A stretch of DNA of 64,000 nucleotides from Mantamonas sphyraenae STR306 (lineage: Eukaryota; Protista; CRuMs), in contig JAPMXV010000043.1 in assembly GCA_026936335.1 (NCBI GenBank), positions 248,001 through 312,000 of the forward strand, given 5' to 3'. Both the position numbers and the translations under genes were made by a program. How positions within the stretch are numbered: the stretch's first letter is position 1; the number at the start of each line of letters is the position of its first letter. Shown in pieces: positions 11,010 through 23,677 of the stretch. The notes below the pieces were generated by a model, which worked only from the letters and a program-made list of their open reading frames with translations, was not told the origin of the DNA and did not search any database.

Positions 11010-12491
11010 ATGTCGAGGGACCATGCGCAGGGAAGGACAGCGAAAAGGAGGTTGCCGTTCGTGCCTTTTTCCATGCGCCGAAGCACGCTGGTATGGGCCT
11101 TGTTCCTCGTGACGGCGTTTGTCACAAACACACTGTATGCGTTGATGGCGCCATTCTTCCCTCCGTACGCAGAGGAGCATGGTGTGGGACAAGTGGAGCA
11201 AGGGGTGATCTTTACCGCGTTCTCCATCGTCAATCTGCTGTGTTCTCCGCTGGCCGGGTGGCTCATCTCTCGTGTGGGTGGCAAGTTGGTCCTGGTGGTG
11301 GGGATGGCCATCGAATGCGTCACTCTGATCTGGTTTGGCTACGCGACGCAATTTGAGAGCTGGCTGCTCGCCCGCTGCATCGAAGGCATCGGCAGCGCAG
11401 CCTCCTTCACCGCCAGCATGTCCCTCTCCCTGTTTATCTTTCCCGAGACGGCAACGACAGTCATTGCGAGCATTGAACTCGCCGGTGGGCTGGGGTTCCT
11501 GCTGGGTCCCGTCCTTGGCACCATCCTCAACGCCATTGGAGGCTTCTCGCTGCCCTTTCTTGTGTTGGGCTGTGCCTTTGGCCTGCAAGTGCTGCTTTGC
11601 GTGGTGTTTCTGCCTGATGTGCGCGAGGACGACGCCTCGGCGGCCCAGAACGACGACGAGGCCAACAATGCCTCCTTGTCCGCCACAGATGTGCTCCCTG
11701 TCGATGAGACGCCGCTGCACACCCCTTGGTGGGTGTATATTGCTGCTGTCAAGCTTGTGGTTGTGTGGCTGGCTCAAGTGGTGTGCGGCAGCTTCATTGG
11801 CGTGATCGAACCCACCATTTCCAATCTTCTCAACGCCGAGTACGACCACCCAGGCAATTGGGTGCTCACCGGTGCTTTCCTGGCCGTGGTTGTGCCTTAC
11901 ACTGTGCTTGCACCTGTGGTGGGCACCGTTGTCGACCGCAAGATCGTGTCTCCAGGTCAATGCATGGTTGTGGGCCTGCTGCAGATGGCAGTGGGCATGC
12001 TGCTCATTGGCCCTGCACCCTTTTTGCAGACCTGGCTCCCGCGCCACCTTTGGATCAGTCTGCTGGGCTTGGGAACAACCGGAATGGGCCTCTCCCTGGC
12101 TGCCATCCCAATCGGCCCGTTTTTCAACCGCCTGGTGGTGGAGAATGTGGCCCGTCTCAACCCCGACCATGCTGTGTCCACCAACAACCAAAAGATCATC
12201 TCCATCGCCAGCGGTGTGTTTTCCGCCGCGTGGAGCACAGGCAATGCCATTGGTCCCGTGGGTGCCTCCTGGCTGGCCCAAGCCGACGGCTACGCCGAGG
12301 CATACGGCCTGGTGGGTGCGTCCTTCATGGTGTTTGCCCTGCTGTGTGCTGGCACCCTTGTGTTTACCCGCGGGAAAACGCCGCCCAATGTCATTGAAGC
12401 CGAGGACGACACCACCGAGCTCGGAGTGGACACAAGCGACACCGACGAGCAAGGCAAGAAGGTGACAGAGAAGACGCCACTGATCAACTGA
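11010..12491 (+). CDS. MFS transporter, SLC18B1/VMAT-like
   Basis: About 12 hydrophobic segments, APFFPPYA, GWLISRVGGK, RCIEGIG, GFLLGPVLG. C-terminal EKTPLI resembles a dileucine sorting signal. Start is 11010 or 11073. Confidence 0.85.
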   Translation: MSRDHAQGRTAKRRLPFVPFSMRRSTLVWALFLVTAFVTNTLYALMAPFFPPYAEEHGVGQVEQGVIFTAFSIVNLLCSPLAGWLISRVGGKLVLVVGMAIECVTLIWFGYATQFESWLLARCIEGIGSAASFTASMSLSLFIFPETATTVIASIELAGGLGFLLGPVLGTILNAIGGFSLPFLVLGCAFGLQVLLCVVFLPDVREDDASAAQNDDEANNASLSATDVLPVDETPLHTPWWVYIAAVKLVVVWLAQVVCGSFIGVIEPTISNLLNAEYDHPGNWVLTGAFLAVVVPYTVLAPVVGTVVDRKIVSPGQCMVVGLLQMAVGMLLIGPAPFLQTWLPRHLWISLLGLGTTGMGLSLAAIPIGPFFNRLVVENVARLNPDHAVSTNNQKIISIASGVFSAAWSTGNAIGPVGASWLAQADGYAEAYGLVGASFMVFALLCAGTLVFTRGKTPPNVIEAEDDTTELGVDTSDTDEQGKKVTEKTPLIN

Positions 12492-12515
12492 GCTGAAAAA
12501 GAAACGCGGTGGCAA

Positions 12516-13130
12516 TTACAGGTACGCCTCCATTCGCTCCCTGCCCTGTTCACGCATCTTGGCAAAGTAGGCAATGGTAAAGACCTGTTCAATGCTCGAG
12601 GCCACCTTGCTGCTGATGTTGCATCCGAGAAAGGCCGACTCGTTGAGGAGGGAAAGAGCCCCGTCGGCCTGGAGGGCATCGCGGAGCGCCACCACGCCCT
12701 CGTCGCTGATGTTGGCACATCCCTGAAAGGACACGCTGTGCAGGGACGAGTTGCTGCCGCACAGTTGCGCCAGAGCATTCACTGTCTCGTCACCCACCTG
12801 GGTGCCGTCCAGCGAGAGTGTGGTCAACGTGGAGTTTCCGGCCAACGCCTTCACCAGCGCCACTCCACCCTTGTCCGTCACGCCCGTGTGTGCCAGCGAC
12901 AGCTGCTTCAAGCTGCCATTCTTCTTCAGGGCCTCAGCCATGGCCAGAGCCGTCTCGTCACCGATGGCGCTGTTCTGAGCGAGCGAGCAGCGCTTGACCC
13001 ACTCGTTTTCTGCCACGGCCTCAGCGACGGCCACGCCCTCCTCGTCGCCCAGATCCAGGTCGTTGAGCAACATCTGCTCCCATCCACTGTCGTTCTCCTG
13101 CACCTTTTCGAGCTGAAATGAGAAGGACAT
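12516..13130 (-). CDS. Small RI-like LRR protein (204 aa)
   Basis: Five to six LxxLSLxxxx(I/V)(G/T/S)DxG repeats. Confidence 0.8.
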   Translation of the reverse strand: MSFSFQLEKVQENDSGWEQMLLNDLDLGDEEGVAVAEAVAENEWVKRCSLAQNSAIGDETALAMAEALKKNGSLKQLSLAHTGVTDKGGVALVKALAGNSTLTTLSLDGTQVGDETVNALAQLCGSNSSLHSVSFQGCANISDEGVVALRDALQADGALSLLNESAFLGCNISSKVASSIEQVFTIAYFAKMREQGRERMEAYL

Positions 13131-13190
13131 CTCTCTATTTCAATTGATTGGAGCGCGGTCCGCAAGCACCCGCGCACTCACTCACATCCT

Positions 13191-15816
13191 TCACGCGTCT
13201 TGCTGCTCACTGACAGTGGGGATCTGCTCCATGTCCAGCTCCTCCTTGTCCCACACAGTCTTCCACAGGTCGGTTGCGCTCATGCCGTACTTGGCCGAGA
13301 TACGGTCGATAGCCTCGCTGAGGATCTCCTCCTCGGTGCGCACGCGTCGCTCGCCACCACGCTGGCCCTTTTGCTTGTGCTCCATCACCTTTTGGATGAG
13401 CTCGGGCTTGATGTTGGAGCCGGCGAGGTCTTTGGCACCCTTGAGACGCATGTAGTTGACGACCACAAAGCACAGACTGAGACCTGCAAACATGACGGCC
13501 AGCGACGGGATCCAGGCCAGCGAGGGCTGCGTCAGGTACCCGACTGTGCTGGCCGTAATAGTGACAAAGAGGACCAGGCTGATGACACCCACCGTCACAA
13601 AGCCGGTCATGCGCTTGATGAGGTACTGGGCGTCGTTGTCGTGCTCGTAGTGGTACTTGGCAAGCGTCCTGTGGGAAAAGTTGTCCAAAAGGTACACCTG
13701 GTCGGTTTCCTCGTCGGTGAGATCCAACAGTTCGACGAGCTGATGGGAGACAGGGTCGTACGCGGGGTCGCCGTTCATGTGCACCTCGATGCCGTCCATG
13801 ATCTTCTCCATTGTCTCCTTGTCCTTGATCGGGTACGCACGCTTGACCAGGTAGCTGGCAAAGGTGCACACGCAGGGCAGCACGACAAAAAATGAAGCGG
13901 ATAAAGTCGAGCACAATGGGCGGTTGCGGTTGCGCCACGCCACCCACCGAGGGCGCAAAGCCCACCGAGTAAATGATGGCAAGCGGCAGAGCCTGGGCAG
14001 GGATGCTTACCACCTTGGGCACAAAGGTGGCAAACACGGTAAAGTTGCCCTCGGAGCGGGTGCCGTTGAGAAACTCGTCGTAGTCGATGGTGTCGGCCAT
14101 GATGGATTCAATGAGAAACTGGCCACCCACGGGGATGCCGTTGAGGAAGGAGACCATGATGAGCTCGGTTTCCATGCCCTCGCCAATGAAGCCAAAGAAG
14201 AAGTTGGTGAGGGAGTTGAGCAGGTTGTAGCCGAGAAAGACCGGGAACTTGCCGTAGCGGTTGGTCAGCCACAACCACACGGGCATGCTCATGAGACCCG
14301 ACACAAAAGGGCAGCCAGACAGGCGCTGAGGGTGGCCGACGCATTGGCGGGCTTGACAACGTATGTGACAAAGAACGGGAACATGGCAGCCAGGAAAGCC
14401 AGCGCCACATAATCCAGGATCATGCCCACGAGCAGGGGACGGAAGGCTTCGTTCTTGAACGCACGCAGGATGGAGGGCACCAGGGGAGGCGGCTTGTCCA
14501 CGGACTTGACGCTCTCCTCACGCTCGGAAACGTTGCGCACGAGCGACAGCTGTGTGATGATGAAGTAGCCACCAAAGATGCACGCAAACGTGGTCATGAT
14601 GGTGCGATCGTCGGTCACAAACAGACTCATGAAGCCTGGGCCAGCTGCACCTGTGAGCGTACCCAACGAACCAAACAGCTTCTGCCAAAAGAACACAGAC
14701 GAGCGCTCGTCGTACGACGGCGTCAATTCAGGGCCCACTGCAGGCGCGGTGGTCGGGGAGGGCACAGGCGCCGCCGTGGTGTCAACGAGTGTGAGTGAGA
14801 GTGGCACACGTGCGATGGGGTGCAAGCGAGATGGAAACGCAAGTGAGGGAGGGAAACGGGCGCGTTTGTGGAGAGAGGCGAAGCGGCGAGGTCATGTCAG
14901 CAGCGAAAACGTACGGGCGGTGTACGGCACGTTGGTCACTGTGTCTGCCGCGTAGAAGAGGACGTAGAACACGCCGAACCAATAAGCCACCGAGTCGTCG
15001 GTGAACGATGCTGGGGGTGACATCAGCAACACAAAGAAGATGCCGTAAAAGAAGCATCCATAAAAGATATACGGGCGACGTCGTCCCTGAACAAACGCCT
15101 CCGGTCTGAAGCAGGCATAGGGTGGGGCATGTGTCAGCAGGCACCAAGGATCAGCGCATGGCAGGGTCCACCGGCCTATGCGGTGCCTCTGCGTGGCCAC
15201 AGTCGGCTGCGGCCCTGCTCTGCTCAGGGAAATGTGGCGGTTGCAAAAGGGAAAAAAGGGCGCCGTGGCTCCCCACGCGATATTCGACACGATGTGCTTG
15301 CAAGACACGCTGGCGACAAGAGCATGCGCCACGTACGCGTGTGGAGCAAGGCAGGGCGTGTGTGGAATCCACTTACTTGGTGCGTGTAGAGTCAGAGACC
15401 CAACCCATGAGGGGATCGGTAATGACATCAAAGGAGCGTGCAAGCGCTGTGAAAAAGGCAATGAAGGAGAGGCGTGCGCCGATGGTCTCGTAAAACAGGG
15501 TACCGTGGATGGTGATGAGCATGGTCAGCGAGGTGATGGAGAACTGAGGCATGCCGTACCAAAGCTTGATGGCCAGCGGCAAGCCAGCATCCACTACAGC
15601 CTCCTTGGAGTCTTCCACATCCTTGACCACCTCCTTCTTGACGTGTTGGTATGTTTCGATGCGTGTGTTGCTGCGCGCACGGCGGCTGTTGGACGCATCA
15701 TCGTTGTTGCTGGGTGCACTCGCCGTGTTGCGGTGCACCAGTGTGCCTTGCGACGCGGAGCTGGACGATGTCAGTACCTGCATTTCAGCCTGGGCGGCGG
15801 GTTGCGAGTCCGACAT
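13191..15816 (-). CDS. MFS_2 (GPH/MFSD2-like) cation symporter. Exons 15816-15377, 15105-14915, 14737-13191, with two 1-nt frame breaks.
   Basis: KLWYG, DVITDPLMGWVSD..GRRRPY, VPYTALGPELT..YDERS, ADTIDYDE..GTRSEG. Canonical introns. Frame breaks sit in A-runs at 14305-14308 and 13887-13892. Confidence 0.85.
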
Positions 15817-15965
15817 GGCCAAGAACAGAGGTCGATTGGGTTGCCGGTGTGCAGAGGGGTTTGCTTGGCTCCGCCACTGCTCCCGCGACGAACCCTCGGC
15901 ACAAAGAGGGATTGATGTGAAGGAAGAACGGACGGATGGACGACGTGCAGGGAGATGAACAATGA

Positions 15966-17185
<1,220 letters not shown>

Positions 17186-17334
17186 AAAGGGAACACAGAT
17201 CACAGATCACACATGGTTGGTTGCTGGGGCGGACGGCGTTGCCCTTGGGTGGATCATTGAAGGGTGTTTGTTGGGTGCATGGCCCTGACGATGCGCACGC
17301 GGAAGCACGGCTTCGTAGTGTGCACGCGCTCACC

Positions 17335-19161
17335 ATGTCGTCTTTGCGTGGCCCTGCTGCTCCAAAGCAGCCTGGCCTGTCATCGAAAGCAGCTCTTGGC
17401 TGCCTGTGTGAAATCCTGGAGGAGTTTGGTGTGGCGTCGGCGTTGCCAGACAACTTCCGTGCAGCCAAGCAGAATGAGCCGCAGGTGGCCAATCTGTTCT
17501 GGAAAATACTGCACAACCTGACACTGCTGCAGTTGACACAGTTCCAAGACCCGGAACATGCGCAGGTGGTGCTTACCACAGTGTGGGACTACACGTTGGC
17601 CGAGTCGCAACGAAGGCGCGCCGAGTTGGTTTCCTCTTCCTCCTCCTCGTCCTCCTCATCCGGCGACTCGATGTCGTCGTCCAAAACGCCGTCATTCACG
17701 GGTGAGCAGGTGACAGAGCTGCAAGTGGCGTTCATCAAACACCACCTGGGCCTGTGGGACTATCCGTCGCACGACTTTTATGAACTTCCTGTGCGCACAC
17801 GCAACACACGACAACAGCTGCTGGCACTGGGTTTTCTGGTGGAGCGCACGGGCCTGTTTGAACGATGGAACGCCCTGTTGCAACGCAAGCTGAAGCTGCA
17901 CAACACAGAGGACGTGCCGTTGCCGCCCTACCCAGCCGACACGTCGCTTCTGCCCGCCACGCTGGATGCAGCCACACAGGCCATGGAAAAGGCCCATGCA
18001 TCTGCACACACACTTGCTTCGGGCAGCGAGGACCACTTGGATGATCGTGTGCATGCCTTGTACAGCCGTGTGCACGCGTCGACCAAGCAGTTGCGCGGGT
18101 TGGCCGACACGTATGTGCAGCAGAGGCACACATTGCTCCAGGCCCAGTTGGAGCATGTGGACGCAGATCAGGCGCCCCTCTCTTTGTACGAGGTTTACCT
18201 GTGCCAACACCCACAACTGCTGCGGGCGCACGAAGAGCAGCTGCAGCTCGCCGCAGCTGCGTACGACGAGATGACGCGTGTGCGACATGCAGAAGACCAA
18301 TTTTGGGTGTGGATGCACTCTGTGCTGGAGCTGGGACGTGAGGAGGGCCTGGTGGGCGAAGACTCGTTGGCACCGCCGGACGACTGGCAGTTTGTATGGT
18401 GGGGCGGCAACACAGACCGTGCGTGGAACGCGTTCCTGGACTCGACTCAGGCACGACTTATGGACGAGCTGGACCAACGGACGACGCTGTTTGAGCAGCT
18501 GAAGCGAGCGTGGCAGCATTTGCGAGGCGAATTTGACGAGGAGCAGTACGCGGTGGTGCAGAGCGAACTGGCAGGGTTGGCCAGTCAGATCGACGATTGC
18601 ATGCCCGAAACACACACACTGTACAAAAACGCCCTCAAAACACTGGACATGCAAACGCCGTACAATCCAGGCACGCCGTTGAAACCGGACGACCTCGCCG
18701 CGCTCACCGAGCTACAAAAGAGCATGGAGAGCCAGCGCGAGTCAGCACAAGAGGACGGGGCCGGCACAAGTGGGCCATCCAACGATATGCTGTCGCCCAT
18801 GCTTCACCCAGACCTGCATCTACAGTATGTGCTGTTGGACAAGAGCCGATTTGAGAAGCGAGAACGGGATCTGGCACGCAAGGAGGAGCTGCGCAAACAG
18901 GCACACAGCTCGTTCCTGCGTGACTATCTCAACGACGACTATGCGGAGGAATGGGCAGACTCGGTCACGCTGGACTCGCTGGGCTTTGCCAACAATGAGG
19001 AGGCGCAGCTGGCTCGTATCCAGGAGATGGAGGACGACACGCGGGCACGCCTGGAAGCCCTGCAGCAGGACGCAGACCAGTTTGTGGACGATGCCTTGCA
19101 CACGGTGCAGACGTCGCAGGGTCTGATCAACGTTGCGTTTGGTTCGAGTGGCCGGGAGTGA
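17335..19161 (+). CDS. TEDC1: Tubulin epsilon and delta complex protein 1 (centriole)
   Basis: PDNFRAAK..LFWKIL, RQQLLALGFL, LSLYEVYL, FWVWMHSVL match the TEDC1 motif pattern. Confidence 0.75.
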   Translation: MSSLRGPAAPKQPGLSSKAALGCLCEILEEFGVASALPDNFRAAKQNEPQVANLFWKILHNLTLLQLTQFQDPEHAQVVLTTVWDYTLAESQRRRAELVSSSSSSSSSSGDSMSSSKTPSFTGEQVTELQVAFIKHHLGLWDYPSHDFYELPVRTRNTRQQLLALGFLVERTGLFERWNALLQRKLKLHNTEDVPLPPYPADTSLLPATLDAATQAMEKAHASAHTLASGSEDHLDDRVHALYSRVHASTKQLRGLADTYVQQRHTLLQAQLEHVDADQAPLSLYEVYLCQHPQLLRAHEEQLQLAAAAYDEMTRVRHAEDQFWVWMHSVLELGREEGLVGEDSLAPPDDWQFVWWGGNTDRAWNAFLDSTQARLMDELDQRTTLFEQLKRAWQHLRGEFDEEQYAVVQSELAGLASQIDDCMPETHTLYKNALKTLDMQTPYNPGTPLKPDDLAALTELQKSMESQRESAQEDGAGTSGPSNDMLSPMLHPDLHLQYVLLDKSRFEKRERDLARKEELRKQAHSSFLRDYLNDDYAEEWADSVTLDSLGFANNEEAQLARIQEMEDDTRARLEALQQDADQFVDDALHTVQTSQGLINVAFGSSGRE

Positions 19162-19190
19162 ATGGCAAGAAAACACGAGTGTGAATTGGC

Positions 19191-19913
19191 TTAGTTCAGA
19201 CGCATCTTCTGGAATTTGGTACGCAGACGGTCGAGTTGCTCGCGCAGCTGATGCTCGAGGAGAGCAAAGCCGCTTTCGTGGTCAAACTGGATGTCGAAGC
19301 AGCCCAGGCCCACGGTGCCCAGATCCTTGCCAAAGAGGAAGGCCTGCATCTCGACGCAGGCAGAGACGTTGTACTCGGTCAGCGAGACGTTGGTGAGCGT
19401 GATGCAGATCTTGCCAAAGTGCACCCAGGGCGTCTCCACGCACACGTGCGGGTCGCTCAGCGAAACCGTCTGGTTCAGGATGACGTGCTTGCCCACGTTG
19501 ACGGCAAGGTCAAATCCGGGTGGTTTGGGGATGTAGGTGACGTTCTGTGGGGGAGGGGAAAGGGGGGGGGGTGAGCGCGTGGACAGGTGTGAGCGGAGTC
19601 GAGTGCTGGCGGGTCATTTCCAAACACCCGGCTTCTTGTTTTCGCCCTGGCATGTGAGGGCATGCAGCACGGGGAAACGTACGGCGCAGCACTCGTCGTT
19701 GATTTTGATGGCGTGGATGTCCACGTGTGCGCAGCAGTCGCACTGCATGGTCTTTTGGTCGCAGCGGCAAAAGTTTTGCGGGCTGAGCTTCTGAGCTGGC
19801 TGCAGCTCACGCAACGCCGGGGCGGTGTCGTCGTGTTCGGACGACGCACACACAGACAGTGCCACACAGAGGAGGGCAAGGACGCAAAGGAGAGCAGAGG
19901 AGGTCGAATGCAT
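19191..19913 (-). CDS. Secreted cysteine-rich protein, DUF4773-like. Exons 19913-19683 and 19544-19191.
   Basis: Signal peptide ALLCVLALLCVALSVCA. Cys pattern CxC..CxCC..C.NVTY.P..N.TVS...P..C..C..C..CF. Canonical GTACGT..CAG intron in phase 0. Confidence 0.7.
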
Positions 19914-19980
19914 GCTCGTTGGGTTCGATTTGCCCCAACGGACGCGGCGGCCCAGCCACATCAGCAACACCGAACGCACC

Positions 19981-21441
19981 ATGTCCGAAAGTGAGAAACA
20001 GGCGGAAACAACACAGGAGCAAGAGACACAGGAGACGCAGGAGACACAGGAGGTGACGGCGGTGGAGAGCAAGGCAGAAACCACGGAGGAGACGGAGAAC
20101 ACGGCAAAGGAAGAAGAAACGGAAGAGGAAGAAAAGGGGGAGGGGAACGGCAAAGCCCCGGAGGGCAAGAGTGGCAATGCAGAGGAGAGCAAAGGCACAG
20201 ATGGATCGGGACTGTCGCGATGGTTGGAACAGGCACTGATCCGAGGCGATCAGGTGTTGCGTTCGCTAAAGGAGAGCGCGGACACGGCCATCGAATCGAT
20301 TGACGACGGCGTGCAACGCAGCGGCCCCATTTTCAGCTCGGGGGCAGAGCAGATCACGCGGTTCTACTACGACACGGTGGGCCACCACGGCGGCTACGTG
20401 AACACAAGTGTGGAGGAGCAACAATTGGGCTACGGCAGCCTGCTCACGTTGAACAGCATCAAACTGGCCAGCAGCCACGCGGAGTTTGTGTACACCGTGG
20501 ACAACAACACGTCCTTGGTGAGCCGCTTCATGTATCGGGACATTTCACTGGCAGAATTGACGTCACGCTTTGGCGACAACGGCGTGCGGCGGTTGTTTGC
20601 CTTGATGGCAGTCCTGTCCGGTGTGGAGTACATGGCCACGCTTCCGGCTGCGTTTGACATCTCGTGTGTGGCCGACGTGTTTACGTTTTCGGCCGCCAAG
20701 CACATTGGCGCGTGGATGGGTGCCATGATGCAGGGCCACGCGGCTGCAAACGGCGCCAAGGGAGGCGTGTGGGCAGGCCCTGAGCTGCGCGCTCACTCGG
20801 CTGCATTTGCCACGGAGGATGAACATCGTGCGTCGCAGCATGTGAGCGTGAAGGAAGGCGAGTTTCAGGTGGAAATCGAGGCTGGAACGCCCGTGTTGTT
20901 GGATTTCGGCGACCTTGCAAGCGCAGTCGCTGCGGCGCTGGAGAAGCGCAAGCTGGAGGCGGCAGAGGCCGAGCAAGAGGCCAGTGGCGTGGAGGACCAG
21001 GGGGGTGCCGGGTTGGACTCCATCGATGGGGCGTACTTTGTGCAGAGGCACAGCGACGCAGAGATGCTCACGCTGCACGCGCGACACTACGCCTCGGAGC
21101 GGTTGAGCGACTGGACACAGGTGCGAGGGGCACAGGTGGAGGTGGCCATGCGTGTGGTGTCCATGCTGCCGGTTGTCTTGGCAGTCAATGGGCCGGCCAA
21201 GATGATTCTCGGCAGCCCTGCGCCAGCGCACGCCTTTGTCACCACCGACGCCGATGTCCTGGCCCTTCTCAACGCCGTGCTCGGCTCTGTGCCGGTGCTT
21301 GCCCACTTGTGTTTCTCTGTGCACAACGCTGCAGGGGCACTCACCTTCCCCGACGCAACATGTCTCGATGCAGCTGTGGATCCCGAGGCTGGCGTGGACC
21401 AGGCGGTTGTGGACGCGTTGCTGTCGGCAGCTGATGCATGA
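19981..21441 (+). CDS. Hypothetical protein (486 aa) with an acidic QET-repeat N-terminus
   Basis: Long ORF with backbone-like codon usage. ATG 19981 is divergent from the gene starting at 19913. Confidence 0.7.
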   Translation: MSESEKQAETTQEQETQETQETQEVTAVESKAETTEETENTAKEEETEEEEKGEGNGKAPEGKSGNAEESKGTDGSGLSRWLEQALIRGDQVLRSLKESADTAIESIDDGVQRSGPIFSSGAEQITRFYYDTVGHHGGYVNTSVEEQQLGYGSLLTLNSIKLASSHAEFVYTVDNNTSLVSRFMYRDISLAELTSRFGDNGVRRLFALMAVLSGVEYMATLPAAFDISCVADVFTFSAAKHIGAWMGAMMQGHAAANGAKGGVWAGPELRAHSAAFATEDEHRASQHVSVKEGEFQVEIEAGTPVLLDFGDLASAVAAALEKRKLEAAEAEQEASGVEDQGGAGLDSIDGAYFVQRHSDAEMLTLHARHYASERLSDWTQVRGAQVEVAMRVVSMLPVVLAVNGPAKMILGSPAPAHAFVTTDADVLALLNAVLGSVPVLAHLCFSVHNAAGALTFPDATCLDAAVDPEAGVDQAVVDALLSAADA

Positions 21442-21517
21442 CGATGGACCTGGTTGACGGGGAAACCTACATGAGGTGATTCATGAGGTGATCATGGTGG
21501 AACAGGACACGGAGATG

Positions 21518-21618
21518 TCATTCTCGGTGTGAAGGAAGAACTGGTGACCGTAGAGCTGAACGTGGAGGAAATGTGCGAAGAAGCGGATGGAAGCGGGGAC
21601 GACAGTGGTGCTGTGTGA
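21518..21618 (+). pseudogene. Orphan copy of the last ~33 codons of the LRR-ANK-coiled-coil gene (33198-36145)
   Basis: Encodes ILGVKEELVTVELNVEEMCEEADGSGDDSGAV* with no upstream gene body. Confidence 0.8.
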
Positions 21619-21673
21619 CCAATTCTGCAACGTTGTACGCTATCAACGTTTCCTGTTTGTAAATTCGTATCAT

Positions 21674-23536
21674 TCAACATGCCACGCGTATGCTCGTGAT
21701 GTGACCTTCGCTTCCTGGCGTGGAGGACGAAGCGCCAGCTAGGCCCACCTCCAGACTTTGCACGCGGGCCAACAGCGCATCAGTACTGGACTCGGCGTCA
21801 AGTACGGCCCCAGTGATGCGCGTGAGCTTTGTGACGATCTTGCGCTTGCTTTTCTGCAGCGACACGACGTCGCCTTGAAAGTCGTTGAGCTGAGACCGGA
21901 GTTCGGCCATCTCAGATGCCAACTCTTTGGTTTGTTCCTCGACGAGTGCCCGCACATCCTCGGAGACATCAGATTGAGCACCCATGCGCCGTCCAATCTC
22001 GTCCAGACGGCCTTGCGTCCCCTTTAGGCTGGAAAGGATGGCACGGCCAATGAGGGTGGTCACGGCGTGTGCCCGTGCGTTGTCCTGCTCTCTGACACGA
22101 GTGGCGTTTTTGAGCATGCACGTCGAAAGTGCATACATATCGTCCGCCATGGCGACCTCTTCCTCCAGACGCGTGGCAATGTTTTCGTGCTCATGCAGTT
22201 TCGTTTGAGCTTCGTCCAGCATTGCTTGGAATGTGTCCAATCGTTTCTTCGCCTGCACCAGGAATCGATTGTCAATGGATGACAAGATGTCATCATCGTC
22301 GTCGCTGTCTTCGCTGTCTTCTTCCTTCTCCTCGTTGTCCAGGATGCTCTGGACCTCGGCTACTTTTTCTTTGCACTCGGGGATGGTCATGTCTTCCAGG
22401 ATGCGCTTCCTTGCCAACACTGCAGTGAGTCTCGTTTGCAATTGAAGGTGTGTCGCTCTGGTTGTCTGCCCTTTGGGTGAGCTCACAATTGCTCACTCGC
22501 GATCCCATCCGCACCCATCCGCACACAATCCGCTCACCCACCTCTGTCTGCTCCTCAAGAACCGGTATTTCTTTGTTCAACGACGTTAGTGACTCATCTA
22601 CTGAGCACTGCGGTGCGGTCCCAGGCGGAGGTCGCTCGCCAGTGGGTCAGTCTTGGCGACAGTCTCGTCAAAGGCAGTTCCAGTGTCCTCCCAACGCCCC
22701 CTACCTTTTCCTCGAACCAGTCCGCTAGTTGCAAATCTTTCACGTCGTCAGGGATTGACATGGATTGCAGTTGCGATTCAAACTCCTGGCACAGGGGTAC
22801 CAACTCGTCTGCGATGTCCATCACACCATCTGCGCAGGCGTCCGCAAGCGCTTGGATGTAAGCAATCGTGGTGTGCCGAGTGTAGCTTGAGGAAGAAAGG
22901 GAAGCGTGGGCAACGTGAGTGGCAGGTGGCCATAGGTGTCCACTGCGTGGTGACCTGCCACCTGAGGGCTGTAGACCTTACCTAAGACGTCCTTGTATTG
23001 CATAAAGAGAACGGCCTCGGTTTGATCCAACATCATGGAAGCATCGGAAGCCCTGAGAATGACATCATGGGTGCGCGAGTACACGCGGTTTGCAGCGTCT
23101 AGGTCCAGCAACTCGGCGTCATTGTTTTCCAGCGCCCGAAGATGGACCAGCTGGAACTGGGTCACCAACTGTGCCAATCGACGCAGTCTGCCAGCCATCG
23201 TGATGGACGAACAGATCCTGTGTCAGCACAAAACTCTATGGGAGCCATGGAACATTGCACCCACCTGGGCTTGATGATGGACATGGCTAGTCGCTGAGGG
23301 TCGGAAACGCCGTCAACCTGCAGCACCTGCTCGTACATATCCGACATCTCCTGGACAACATCGGCAACCTTTCTGCAATCGCCATCCACGCTGACAATCA
23401 TGCCTATTGTAAGTACGACGTCCATGTGGTGACAGACAAACGAGTTGCTTTGGTATTTGCCCGGCTGGCGCCGTGCTTTCAACACACCAGCCCCTTGGGA
23501 AGCCCATCGAAGCCTCTCAAACAGTGAGCGACACAT
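21674..23536 (-). CDS. Coiled-coil protein, copy A (mirror of 31279-33142)
   Basis: Same 5-exon model as copy B. Differs at A/V and G/V codons and by a 1-nt indel inside an intron donor (GTAGGG vs GTAAGG). Confidence 0.55.
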
Positions 23537-23677
23537 AATGGATTCGCCTCGGCAGAAATGACTTGGCGTGAAACCGGACAACGTCACTCCACGGGTGAGG
23601 ACAATGTGAATGCCCGATGACACGAGGAAGCAGGGCGTTGCGTTTTCCCGGCTGCAAGCAAGCTTTTCTTTTCACCC

